A DNA stretch of 64,000 bases from Adineta vaga (Eukaryota > Animalia > Rotifera), in assembly GCA_021613535.1 (NCBI GenBank), contig CP075496.1, positions 13,268,001 to 13,332,000 of the forward strand, written 5' to 3'. This document shows, piece by piece, positions 12,264-22,688 of the stretch; positions within the stretch are counted from its first letter, which is position 1; every line of letters starts with the position of its first letter. The notes beneath the pieces are model-generated. The model saw only the letters and a program-made list of their open reading frames with translations, did not search any database and was not told the origin of the DNA. The translations under genes were made by a program, and so were the position numbers.

Positions 12264-12918
12264 TCATTGATTAAGTCTAGTTTTTAATTGTTCATAAGTT
12301 TCTTGATAAATATTAGGTTGATCATTCGAGACAAATCGATCAACAAGACCCGTCATTTCTTCAAGTAAAAATTTATTTTTCTTCAATTCTTCTGAAGTTA
12401 ATTCATTCTGGAATGATCCACGTTGTTTTATACGTTGTTTCAATTTATTACTAGAATGAAAAGAAATTATCTTCTACAAATCAATTTTTCTTCTACAAAT
12501 GTAATTCTTTACTTAGTTGTAGCTGTTCGAAGACGTTTTATTGTACAGAGAACCGTTTCCATCGGATGCATAATGGTTAGTAAGGATTTTAAAGTATTAA
12601 TTTCATTGAATTGATGATGATTGTCATCATCATCATCCTCTTCATTATTCTAATAGAATAAAAATGAATATTGATTGATAAGAGTAATTTTACATACATT
12701 TTCTTGTTCCATTTCTTCACTAACATTAATTCTTTCATTAATAGGATTTATTAGTTGGTCCTGTTCATTTCCTAAACAATGAAAATGTTAATTTGAAAAA
12801 ATTATTTTCTATTCAAATTACCATGGTGTATTGCTTTATCATGATATTTATCATCGATTTCATCAATACATTTCTTCAATCTTTTGGTTCTTTCATCGAC
12901 TTCACATTTTCGTTTCAT
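12264..12918 (-). CDS. Short CD2BP2/LIN1 (U5-52K)-like paralogue lacking the GYF domain
   Basis: Four-exon reconstruction MKRKCEVDE...RINVSEEMEQE...LLTIMHPMETVLCTIKRLR...LLEEMTGLVDRFVSNDQPNIYQETYEQLKTRLNQ*. This matches the CD2BP2 central helical motifs (P.ETV..AL.RL; L..L....D.....G...YQET.E.L). Confidence 0.65.
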
Positions 12919-13238
12919 CTTTATCTAAAATATAACACAAATAATATTATTCGACATTGTCAATTTTCTTCTTCTTGTTATTTCTTTTTTGCGTTACGTA
13001 CGAAAATGAAGGATATTTTATTGGAAATCTTTTCAACCAATTAGTAAAAGAAGAAAGTGCTGTCATCTGTTTTTTGTCTTTTCCTATTTTGTCACTGTTG
13101 GAAATAATTTCGAAATTACCAACACAATTTAGTAACACTCACCCTCAAGAATTATTTCGAAAGTTTTCATCAGAAAATAAAAAACTATTTAAGTAAATAG
13201 ATTTGCTATATCAAAAGTTTCATTTAAAGACGTAAACA

Positions 13239-13958
13239 ATGACAGAACATTTGATCTATGTTAACAATTGGTTTTCAAAATATGAAGTGAATCGTGCTGA
13301 AGAAATACATTATTCCATATTTGTGAGCATCAAAATATTTATTTTCTACATCGATAGAGTAGCGTAACATTTCTCAAAGCAAAACACTTTTACATATGTT
13401 TGTTATAATACATTCACAAAATAGAAGACTCAAAAGCATACGACTGATTACTTTTGACATTGAACTTCTATTGAATATTTCTTTTATTATATAGAAACCA
13501 GTTGAAAGAAAACCTGTGGTTAATAAATCGAAAGGTAAATAATCTCTCTTTGGATCATTATTGCTGACATTTGCAGTTATAGATGTTGCTAAAAGTATTT
13601 TCACTCTGCATATTATCCCTTACGATGATCAGACTGATTTAAATGCTATGGAACAAGCTGTAAGATCAATTGAAGCTGATGGTTTAGTTTGGGGACAAGG
13701 TAAATTGATATAAGAAAAACTAAAAAACATATCTAATCATATTCTTCTAGCAAAACTGATTCCAGTTGCTTATGGCATACGTAAATTACAAATTGGTTGT
13801 GTTGTCGAAGATGATAAAGTAATTCATTGTTTTCTTGACCAAATCATTCTCTTAAGCTCTACATGTTTTAGATTGACTTTGAATTTCTTGAAGAGAAAAT
13901 TGGCGAATTCGAAGATTACGTTCAACGCGTTGATCTAGTTATCATTCAGAATCTTTAA
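13239..13958 (+). CDS. Miniature eEF1B-delta/beta-like protein (EF1_GNE guanine-nucleotide exchange domain)
   Basis: N-terminus MTEHLIYVNNWFSKYEVNRAEEIHY resembles the eEF1B-delta N-terminus. GNE domain [76 protein letters not shown]. Confidence 0.85.
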
Positions 13959-14439
13959 ACAAGTGATCTTCTGACATTTTCAATGTTTATTCTTAAATAA
14001 AGAGACAGAATCCATATATATATATAAACTATTGGATTAATCTTAAGTGTGAATAAAAGTATGCTCCCTGCTGTTGTTTGCTATATTGAGTAATGATATT
14101 GAGTTAGGTGTGAAATAACTAAACAGCCGTAAGGCAAAAGTTTGTTTATTCGATAAGTCATTTTCTTCTCTGCCGACATTCGAAAAGAATGTGTCATTAA
14201 ACAAGAAATAACAATAACTTCACGCTATCTCTTTTCTCTTATTTGAACGTCATCTCAATTAATACACATATATATATAACTAATCGATTTTAGAGATTTT
14301 CATGCTTATTATTTCTGCTCATCTTTTATCTCTTTCTATTGATGAGTATCAAATAGAATTCTTTTTCATTTCTTTGATTTTATTTTTCATAGACAAAATA
14401 TATACAAAAAATATGAAATAAAATCATTCATGAAAGTTT

Positions 14440-15488
14440 TTATTCTGTCTCAAAATTTCCAGAGACATTCGGGCTTGTATAAGACGAAGGCATTGAATAA
14501 TACGGTGTTGGATAATACGATGTTCGATATGGATCATATAAGGTATATGAACTCGGTGTTGTTGTTGTTGATGATGATGATGATAAACACATGTTTTGTA
14601 CCGTTGGTGAATTAATTGAATGAGATTCTGATGAAGTATTTGGTGTTGAATACATTGTATGATATGGTGGTGGAGGTGGTGAACACATATAATATGAATT
14701 TGTAGGAGATGGATAGAAATTTGGAAGTGATTCATGTCCTCCGTAAGGTGAATGATGTATCGATGAAGTTTGCATTTGTAATTCTCGTATTTGTTGACGA
14801 TACCGCCGCCGTCGAAAACGTCCTTGTTCAAATTCTGTTTCTGCTAATTCATGAATACGCCAATCTATAAATCAACATGGCATTTGAATCATTGAATATC
14901 ACTTTCATTGTATACTTACAATGTCCTTTCCCATTGTTACCACGTCCAGCTTTAACAAAACATTCATTCAATGATAAATTATGTCGAACACTATTTCTCC
15001 AAGATTTATTAACATTGTCAGCAAAATATCGATATCTAAATAAGATTTAGATTCATTCAACTCTTGATCTTTCCAAAAAATATGTAATACATACTTTCGT
15101 TGAAAATAATCATAGATCTCATACAACTGCATCATTCGATTTGGTGATTTTAATATTGCTTCGGCAATGATTTCCAGATAGGACTGATTTGGTTTTTTTG
15201 GACTTTCATTTTCATCTTCGAATAAAACAAGATCAATTAAAATTCGATTAGCACCAAACTTTCTTTCAATTTTCTTACTTGATTGATTATGAAAATCTTC
15301 TCCGATCGAACCAGTTTCGTCCGAAAGACCTTCATCAACAATACCTGAATCATGTAATTGATATTTATTATTCATAATTAAATCATATTCTCCATGTGTT
15401 CGATAATAAACTAAAAGGAAATCAAACTGTGAATATTACATAACATCTATGATGCTTTTAGTTTACCATTGTTTGGAGACGATTGCAT
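14440..15488 (-). CDS. Forkhead transcription factor, FoxQ2-like
   Basis: Spliced forkhead domain [88 protein letters not shown], followed by an S/P/Y-rich tail. Confidence 0.85.
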
Positions 15489-16550
15489 TTTCTTGAATGA
15501 GGAAATTTCTTGTTCGATCGGATAGACAACAAACAACTAGGTAAAGATCAAAATGAGTAATGTGAATGTTTTCCTTGTTGACTATTTCAATATAAACAAA
15601 ACAATTAATGAGAGAAGGAGAGAGAAAGACAGAGAGAGAGAGTAAGTGACGAAATTGAGTATTCGTCGTTTAAGATAAAAGAAGAAGATGATCGGCACCA
15701 ATCATTTTCTAGGAATATTTTTTTCTCAATTCGTCTAATTAAAATCGATAGCCAATTAATCGACAACTAATGAAATAAGCTCGTTCAAAACTTTGAGCTC
15801 CTTTACTAATAGAACGAGATAATTTAAAAAATATGTCAAACCAATATTAATCTTATTCTTTTGTTTTGTATCAGAGTTTCTTATTTGAGAAAATATTCAC
15901 TTCTTTTCTTTTGTACCAAGTTGTAAGCTTGAGAAAACTTATCAAGCAATTTCATAAACAATTGTCATATGGATTATGACACTTTTTATATCACTTGAAA
16001 AGTATAGTCACTGGCAATTGTTAATTGTATTGAAAAAATGAAGATTTTCAGTGATCTCTTTATATTATTGATCAATATCATCGTGAAAAAGTGAGAAGGT
16101 AAAGCTCACTACAAAAGATAAAAGAGAAATGATCTTTTGATTCAAATAACAAAGATTATTATCGAATTGTGTAGATAGTATTTCTGAAAACATGTGAATC
16201 GATTGCAAAAGTAAAAAAGAATGTTTTTGATTGAAGATAAAGTTATTTTTCTTCTATTGAAAACATCAGTATAGAACAATTGTTAGACGATAAATAAAAC
16301 TTGATGAAAATTTGCTCTCTGTTTTGAATTTTATACTTTCGATTCTGTCGTCATCTTTTTCTTTATATATATATGTATTTATTTATTCGACAGAACCATA
16401 GTTCGTGTGTATTGAATGACCTTTAGAAGTATCGAAAAGTACATTCGTTATATGAATAACTGCATTTAAATAGTCATTCATTTTGAGACATATAAATAGT
16501 TACAGATTTCTTGTGAATATCTTATTCTTCCGATTTGGATTCAATAAATA

Positions 16551-17843
16551 ATGATTTACTACCTGTTCGTTTATTTTATCTTGCACATAAATGGTATTTC
16601 ATCGAATTCTGCAAAGAAATTTGGGTTGAGCCAAATGAAATGCGATCTGCATGATTTAAAAGTATGATATGAAACTGAAGAAATGATTCGTTGAGAAGGA
16701 TTATATATTTTTAGGATACGTACAGAAGTGAATTAGAGAAATCTCCATTTGGAAATCGAAGTGTGGATGAAATAACAACGGCCTGGCGAAGTACATTTTC
16801 AGACGAAAACTACCGAACAAGTACTAAAAACTCTATTCCATTTCAACAAATGAATCTTCGAGGTAAATATTTTAGACAATTTCGAAAAGAATTTGTAATT
16901 GAAATTCAATATTTAGATCCCGATACAATTCTTCGAATGGCTGAATATCAAGCATTGGTCTATTGTAAATCAGATATATTGAATTCTCCCTCAGATCTAT
17001 CTTCAATCAAGAATATGGCAGCAAAAAATCTTCGTATCGGTAATTTTACTATTGAAGCATCGGGTTTTGACAAGAAACATGTGTTATATTGGTATATTGC
17101 TGTGAATATTTTCCAACAATCAATTATTCTTGTTCATCGTGGTACAAAAATGTCGAATCGAGTATGAATAAGGTTACTTTGTGTTTGATAAGGAGATTTT
17201 TTTAAAATAATTTTAGAATGATGTTTTCGATGATCTCGACCGATTCACAAGTCATAATACACATGGACAGCTCAATATAGATTTTCCTTATCTATCTAAA
17301 TCTAAACATGTTTATGTTGATATTGGTTTCTATAAACGATTTCAAGATGAAAAACAAGCAATTATATCTTCTGTTCGTGAAATTCTTGAACAATATTCGT
17401 CTCCTTCATTTTCATTTATCGTTGTTGGTCATTCACTTGGTGCTGCATGGGCATTTCTTAATGCTGGTCATTTCGTTAGTCTTGATGACATTAATCAACG
17501 TTTATCAGCCATTTATACGTTTGGTCAACCACTACTTGGTTCTGCAGATTTTGTCAATGAAATAACAACGAAATTCGATACAACAAAAGAACGTTATGTT
17601 CGTATTGTGAATGGAAATGATCTTATTCCACATATAGGTTGTCGAAAATGTGTTCAACCGGAATTTTCTAATGAAAAATGGATTACGAATACAAATCCAG
17701 TTGTATGGAAAGATTGTCGCGGTGGTGAAGATCAGCAATGTAGTTCAGGAGTACCATGTAAACAATTATCATGGTCAAATCATAGTGCTGTTGGTCTTTT
17801 TTCAATGCGTGGTGAATTTTGTAGAATTGCAAGTAATCAATGA
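16551..17843 (+). CDS. Secreted class 3 lipase (Lipase_3, fungal-lipase-like)
   Basis: Signal peptide MIYYLFVYFILHINGIS; ILVHRGT; VDIGF; nucleophile VVGHSLGAA; YTFGQPLLG; RIVNGNDLIPHI (Asp); CRGGEDQQCS; SNHS (His). Three short introns. Confidence 0.9.
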
Positions 17844-19374
17844 AATGCTAATATTGTTTCATAGATTTATAAAGACGATAATAATATTTTTTTTTCGTTA
17901 TGTACTAATCAATGCGATGGGGTAGAACTAATGTATTTTACATCGTCAATAGACGAATCTCTTTATTTTCTTTTAAAATTAAACAATAAATGAGAATGAA
18001 TTGAATAAATGCGGAAAAAGATTTTAATTGAAAAAGAGTTAAAAACTCATAATTTATGGGTTGGATTTGGTACCTTCTAATTAGATGAAACATAAATCTA
18101 CCAATTAGCAAATCATTATCATAAACAACTCAATATAAAGAGGCTTTAATCAAGTTTTTCCGAAGTTTTGATGTTATCACGGTAATCACATACAATCTCT
18201 AATATAATAATTTAAATGCGAAACAATATCGACTTTTTTAGCATTATACTACAACGTTGTTTTATTTCTCTATACCCATGTCACAAATAAAGCTTATTGG
18301 GGATTTTAAAAGGATGCAAGAAGATATGACGTCAAATCTTCTTTAATTTCTTCAGAAGTTTTATGTATAGAATACGATAGTCTCTAATGGAAGAATTTGA
18401 ACCTCATAGAATAAAGATAAGAAATGTTAACGTCCGACTAGCAATTAAGGTTAAGGAAAGGTCATCTCAATTAATATCTTTGTCATTATGGTTAGTTTCT
18501 ATGGACGATACAATCATTTCGTTATGTCACACATATATAAAAAGGAGTATACTTCGACTACTTATTCATTATATATTGAATATATTCCTCAACAAATATC
18601 GGACTTCATAGATTTAGCTTCTAATCATGTCGGATATGCATTATCATTTTCATTTAACGTTAAGAATAAATAAATCAATCGTAGATTAGTAATATATTCT
18701 CGTGTATAAAAGTAAACTTAAAGGCTGTTTTTTGCAAAAGTTGAGCTTTGTTCCTGTTTTTTCTCTGAACATTTTCTCCGAGGAAGCTGCTGATTTCTAT
18801 GAGAGATGAAGCGAAATAAATCTTGAAATTGACATAGATCGACCAATAGAAAGGAATTTCGATGTATAACTTTCGTTAAACATAAATAGTTTATTTTTCC
18901 GAACTTATAATCTGGTAAATATTAAATTCTATGCGCAGAATCAAAACTTGACTAATGTAAAAAACTGTTAGATTTTAATTATGAGTGAATGTACGATATA
19001 TATTTAATAGTATCTTGAACTGAAGATAATGATTTGCTATGAAAGATAATATTAATCTTCTGAATAATAGTCACATAAATCAAAAAAAAAATCATTGATA
19101 ATATAGATAGTAAAATATGGATTTTATCTGAATGTACTGTTGAACAGTGGTTTATAGAGGAATAAAAAAAAAGAAAACTTAACCAATAAAACGATCGACG
19201 GACGTAATGAAAGAGAAGTTATATAATAGTCTTATATTTTTAAATATTCCCTAGTTGTCTATTCTTATTCATTTGGTGACGTCTTGCACGATTAATGCAT
19301 ACACAGTTATCCTATTAATATCCTTAACTAAAAGTAAAACGAACACAAAATTTTTCTTCTTCTTCCATTTTAAG

Positions 19375-20074
19375 ATGAATTTATGTTCTAAATGGAAGTG
19401 TTGTTGTTGTATGAAACAAGAAGCAGAGAACATTGGAAATACTAAAACTAATGTCGTAACCACAGTCAACCTATGGTAAGTATATTATTCATAAAGTTTC
19501 TATTAAAATATAAGTAAGTTTTAGTCATCAGCGTATTCTTCGAAAGAGCAACCTTCTACGACAATGTCTCTTCAAGTCAAAGTGAGTGTTATTGTGATAG
19601 TGATAGAAATTAGTTAGATAAGGTTCTTCGTTTTATCTCTAATAGACTGATTCACAAATATACATACCCATGTCGGCGCGGAACCCTAGCCATTCCCATC
19701 AAAACATGGAAGCAGTATTGTGGCCGGATGTTTTTCGTTACAGATACAGGTACTCGGAATCAGATGGAAACTTGCGGTTCCTAAAACTTATTAAACATGA
19801 TTTTTCATCATATCCGAAATGAGCTATTCTCAGAGAGACAATTCTGTTCTACAGGAAACATCGTTCTCCTGCGAAATCCTTTGTCAAGATCTGAACTGGG
19901 CTTTAGACATAATGGAGGAAAAGCTGAGGAATCTTGCGGGAAAATCTGACTTTTCCGAACGTTTCCTACCAGTTCTGGAGGCCGGAACGATCAACCTGGG
20001 TAATTCTTCTTAAACAAATGAATAATATTACTAAGCAAAGAAATCAATACGATGAACGATCTTCTCGACGATAA
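19375..20074 (+). pseudogene. Small three-exon gene with N-terminal Cys cluster, interrupted by a MITE; probably non-functional
   Basis: MNLCSKWKCCCCMKQEAE.. with GTAAGT and GTGAGT donors and matching acceptors. The element at 19667-20000 sits in exon 3 and the reading frame is ambiguous after VVTT. Confidence 0.4.
19667..20000. mobile_element. Non-autonomous DNA transposon (MITE), CACTA/EnSpm-like ends with TA target duplication
   Basis: TA|CCCATGTCG...TCAACCTGGG|TA: imperfect TIR (CCCATGTCG vs CCCAGGTTG) with TA on both sides. GC-richer than the flanks. Internal ATGGAAGCAGTATT and TTTCCTACCAGTTC motifs resemble a common bdelloid repeat (from memory). Confidence 0.75.
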
Positions 20075-20221
20075 AAACCATCAAACGATTCAGTCGATTC
20101 TCATTTTTTGTTATTTTATTTTTATGTCTTTTTTCGTCGATAAGATCTTAAACAAATTCTCTTTTCTGAAAGAAAGAGTTATACAGCGTTAAAATCATCT
20201 GCTTGAAATGCAAATAGTTTG

Positions 20222-21750
20222 TCTGTCTATCCTAACCAATCAGAAATTAGTAAAAACTTATCAATACTCATGAGAAAGTGGGTAATTGAGGTCGAGGAAC
20301 TCGGATCTGATGATAGTTTTTAAATTGATTCAATAGATTACGAAAATCTTTATAGAATTTTATATCGATATAGAAACCGACAGAAAAAGGTAAACGTTAT
20401 TCTGTCTAAACGACACACAATCTATGGCGAAAGTAAGAAAAGTTTCAAAGATAGGAAAATACTGTGTTTTTTTAAATATTATTCGCATCCTCATTACCAA
20501 CAATTAGTTTGATTTAAAGATGGTTTTTTATTTTTGAAATTTCAAAACATCTCACAACACGTTTCATATATGAAAAAGAGAATTTCTACTTTCAAAAATG
20601 GGTTTTCAATTTACATATAGTCATATCTCAATATCAGTGTTACTTATGTTGCATGGCTTTTCGAGAGTGTAATTTTTTGCAAATATGAATTTCTTCTTAT
20701 ATACTCTTGTATTTCTTTTTCAAATAATAATGAAAGCTAATGAGCTGGCTCGTGTTTGTGACTGTGTGTATCATTAGAACCATTAAGAAATTCTGAGTAT
20801 AAGATTTAGTAAGAGCATCATGGAAATTGTAGCTAAAATAATCGGAAGAGTGACGAGTCTAACATTTTTGCATTGTTGAGTAGTACAGCTCAGATCTTTC
20901 GACTGGATTTCAGCAGAAATATGTGGATAAAAAGGGAGTATAATGAATGTGATTCTACCGCTGGATATTCATACTCATCAGATATATTAAAGATCATTCC
21001 AAAAATGTGAAAAACTATATGCTAGACGAATGTGCTGTAACTGTGACCACTTATAAAAAAAGTAACCCTGTTTATAGTATCTTTTCCGGAATTGTATGAA
21101 CACAAACTCGTTGCTTTTTAAAGACGGAATTAATGAAAATTCATATATTTCCTTCGAAAGTGATTCAAAAATAGAAGACATAGTGGACTTTGCAAAAAAG
21201 CTACTGAATTTTGTTGTAGAAGTGTTGTTTTGAATAGAAGGTCTAGCAAGGTTTGCATTGGGTTTCTTAATAATTGAGAAAAGGGTTGTCTTCGAATAGA
21301 AGTTCATCTCAATTACTGTTTTTCTCTATTTTTGTGCTTATTTCTATGATAAACAACCTCTATTTCAATAAATGCCTACGTTGGTGCTTCGACAAAAGTT
21401 TAAAATCTATCAATTCATTCGAATAAATAATAAATCGGTTTGAAGATGATGCGTCATTTGTCAGTCTATGAAGGAAAGTGACAAATAATTTTATTGAATG
21501 AAGACTTATCATATTGTTTAACACATGCTGATGAAACTGATGTACTATAACTCTTAGTTTTCCTGGATGTGATTTTAAATCGAACGCAGACAATTTTGAA
21601 TTCTTCGAGTATTAATATTAGACAAAGTGATGGTTTACAAACTACATGAATTACAAAGAATATATATTTACATTTAAAAAGGACAGTGGTATCAAACTTG
21701 AACTTCGAATTCAATCGAAACATAAAGTTTCAATCCAAATTTGAAATGAA
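20222..21750 (+). pseudogene. Decayed, apparently intronless coding sequence of unknown identity
   Basis: The frame from 20222 has only 3 internal stops in ~170 codons (..LMRKWVIEVEELGSDDSF*IDSIDYENLYRILYRYRNRQKK..). Further protein-like fragments continue to ~21750 (ISFESDSKIEDIVDFAKKLL; FPGCDFKSNADNFEFFEY). Confidence 0.35.
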
Positions 21751-21842
21751 CTATCCTAGGACCAATGGAGCGTGAACATTTTCGATTTCATGTCTTTTAA
21801 AACATTTTCTAAAATCAGATTTTTAAACTAATGTTTCTTTTT

Positions 21843-22575
21843 TATTGTAATATCAGTTATATTGAATTCTCCCTCAGATCTATCTTCAATCAAGAATATG
21901 GCAGCAAAAAATCTTCGTATCGGTAATTTTACTATTGAAGCATCGGGTTTTGACAAGAAACATGTGTTATATTGGTATATTGCTGTGAATATTTTCCAAC
22001 AATCAATTATTCTTGTTCATCGTGGTACAAAAATGTCAAATCGAGTATGAATAAGCTTACATTGTATTTGATAAGGAGATTTTTTTTAAAATAATTCTAG
22101 AATGATGTTTTCGATGATCTCGACCGATTCACAAGTCATAATACACATGGACAGCTCAATATAGATTTTCCTTATTTATCTAAATCTAAACATGTTTATG
22201 TTGATATTGGTTTCTATAAACGATTTCAAGATGAAAAACAAGCAATTATATCTTCTGTTCGTGAAATTCTTGAACAATATTCGTCTCCTTCATTTTCATT
22301 CATTGTTGTTGGTCATTCACTTGACTCTGCAGATTTTGTCAATGAAATAACAACGAAATTCGATACACCAAAAGAACGTTATGTTCGTATTGTGAATGGA
22401 AATGATCTTATTCCACATGTATGTTGTGGTGGTAGTAATGATCACGAATACAGTTAAGGAATAGCATTAAAGCAATTATCATGATCAAATCATAGTGCTG
22501 TTGGTCGTTTTTCAATGGAGGATGAATTTTGTAGAATTGCAAGTAATCAATGAAACGCTGTTATTGCATCATACA
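21843..22575 (+). pseudogene. 5'-truncated duplicate of the lipase gene (copy of ~16961-17866)
   Basis: Near-identical direct repeat that retains the intron. It carries 99-bp and 75-bp deletions and stops TAA at 22455 and TGA at 22482, and lacks the signal peptide. Confidence 0.92.
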
Positions 22576-22688
22576 TGTGTCAATGTTTTTTTCTCGTTCT
22601 TTCATGAGTAATATATAAGTAATCATACAAAAGATAAAAACATTTTTATGTAATTTTATTTTCGTCGTTGAAACAAACAGAATCACCA

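Noticed and set aside
18387-18673. Possible GPCR-like or other gene fragment (..SLYIEYIPQQISDFIDLASNHVGYALSF..)
   Set aside because: Too short, no diagnostic motif and no consistent exon structure.
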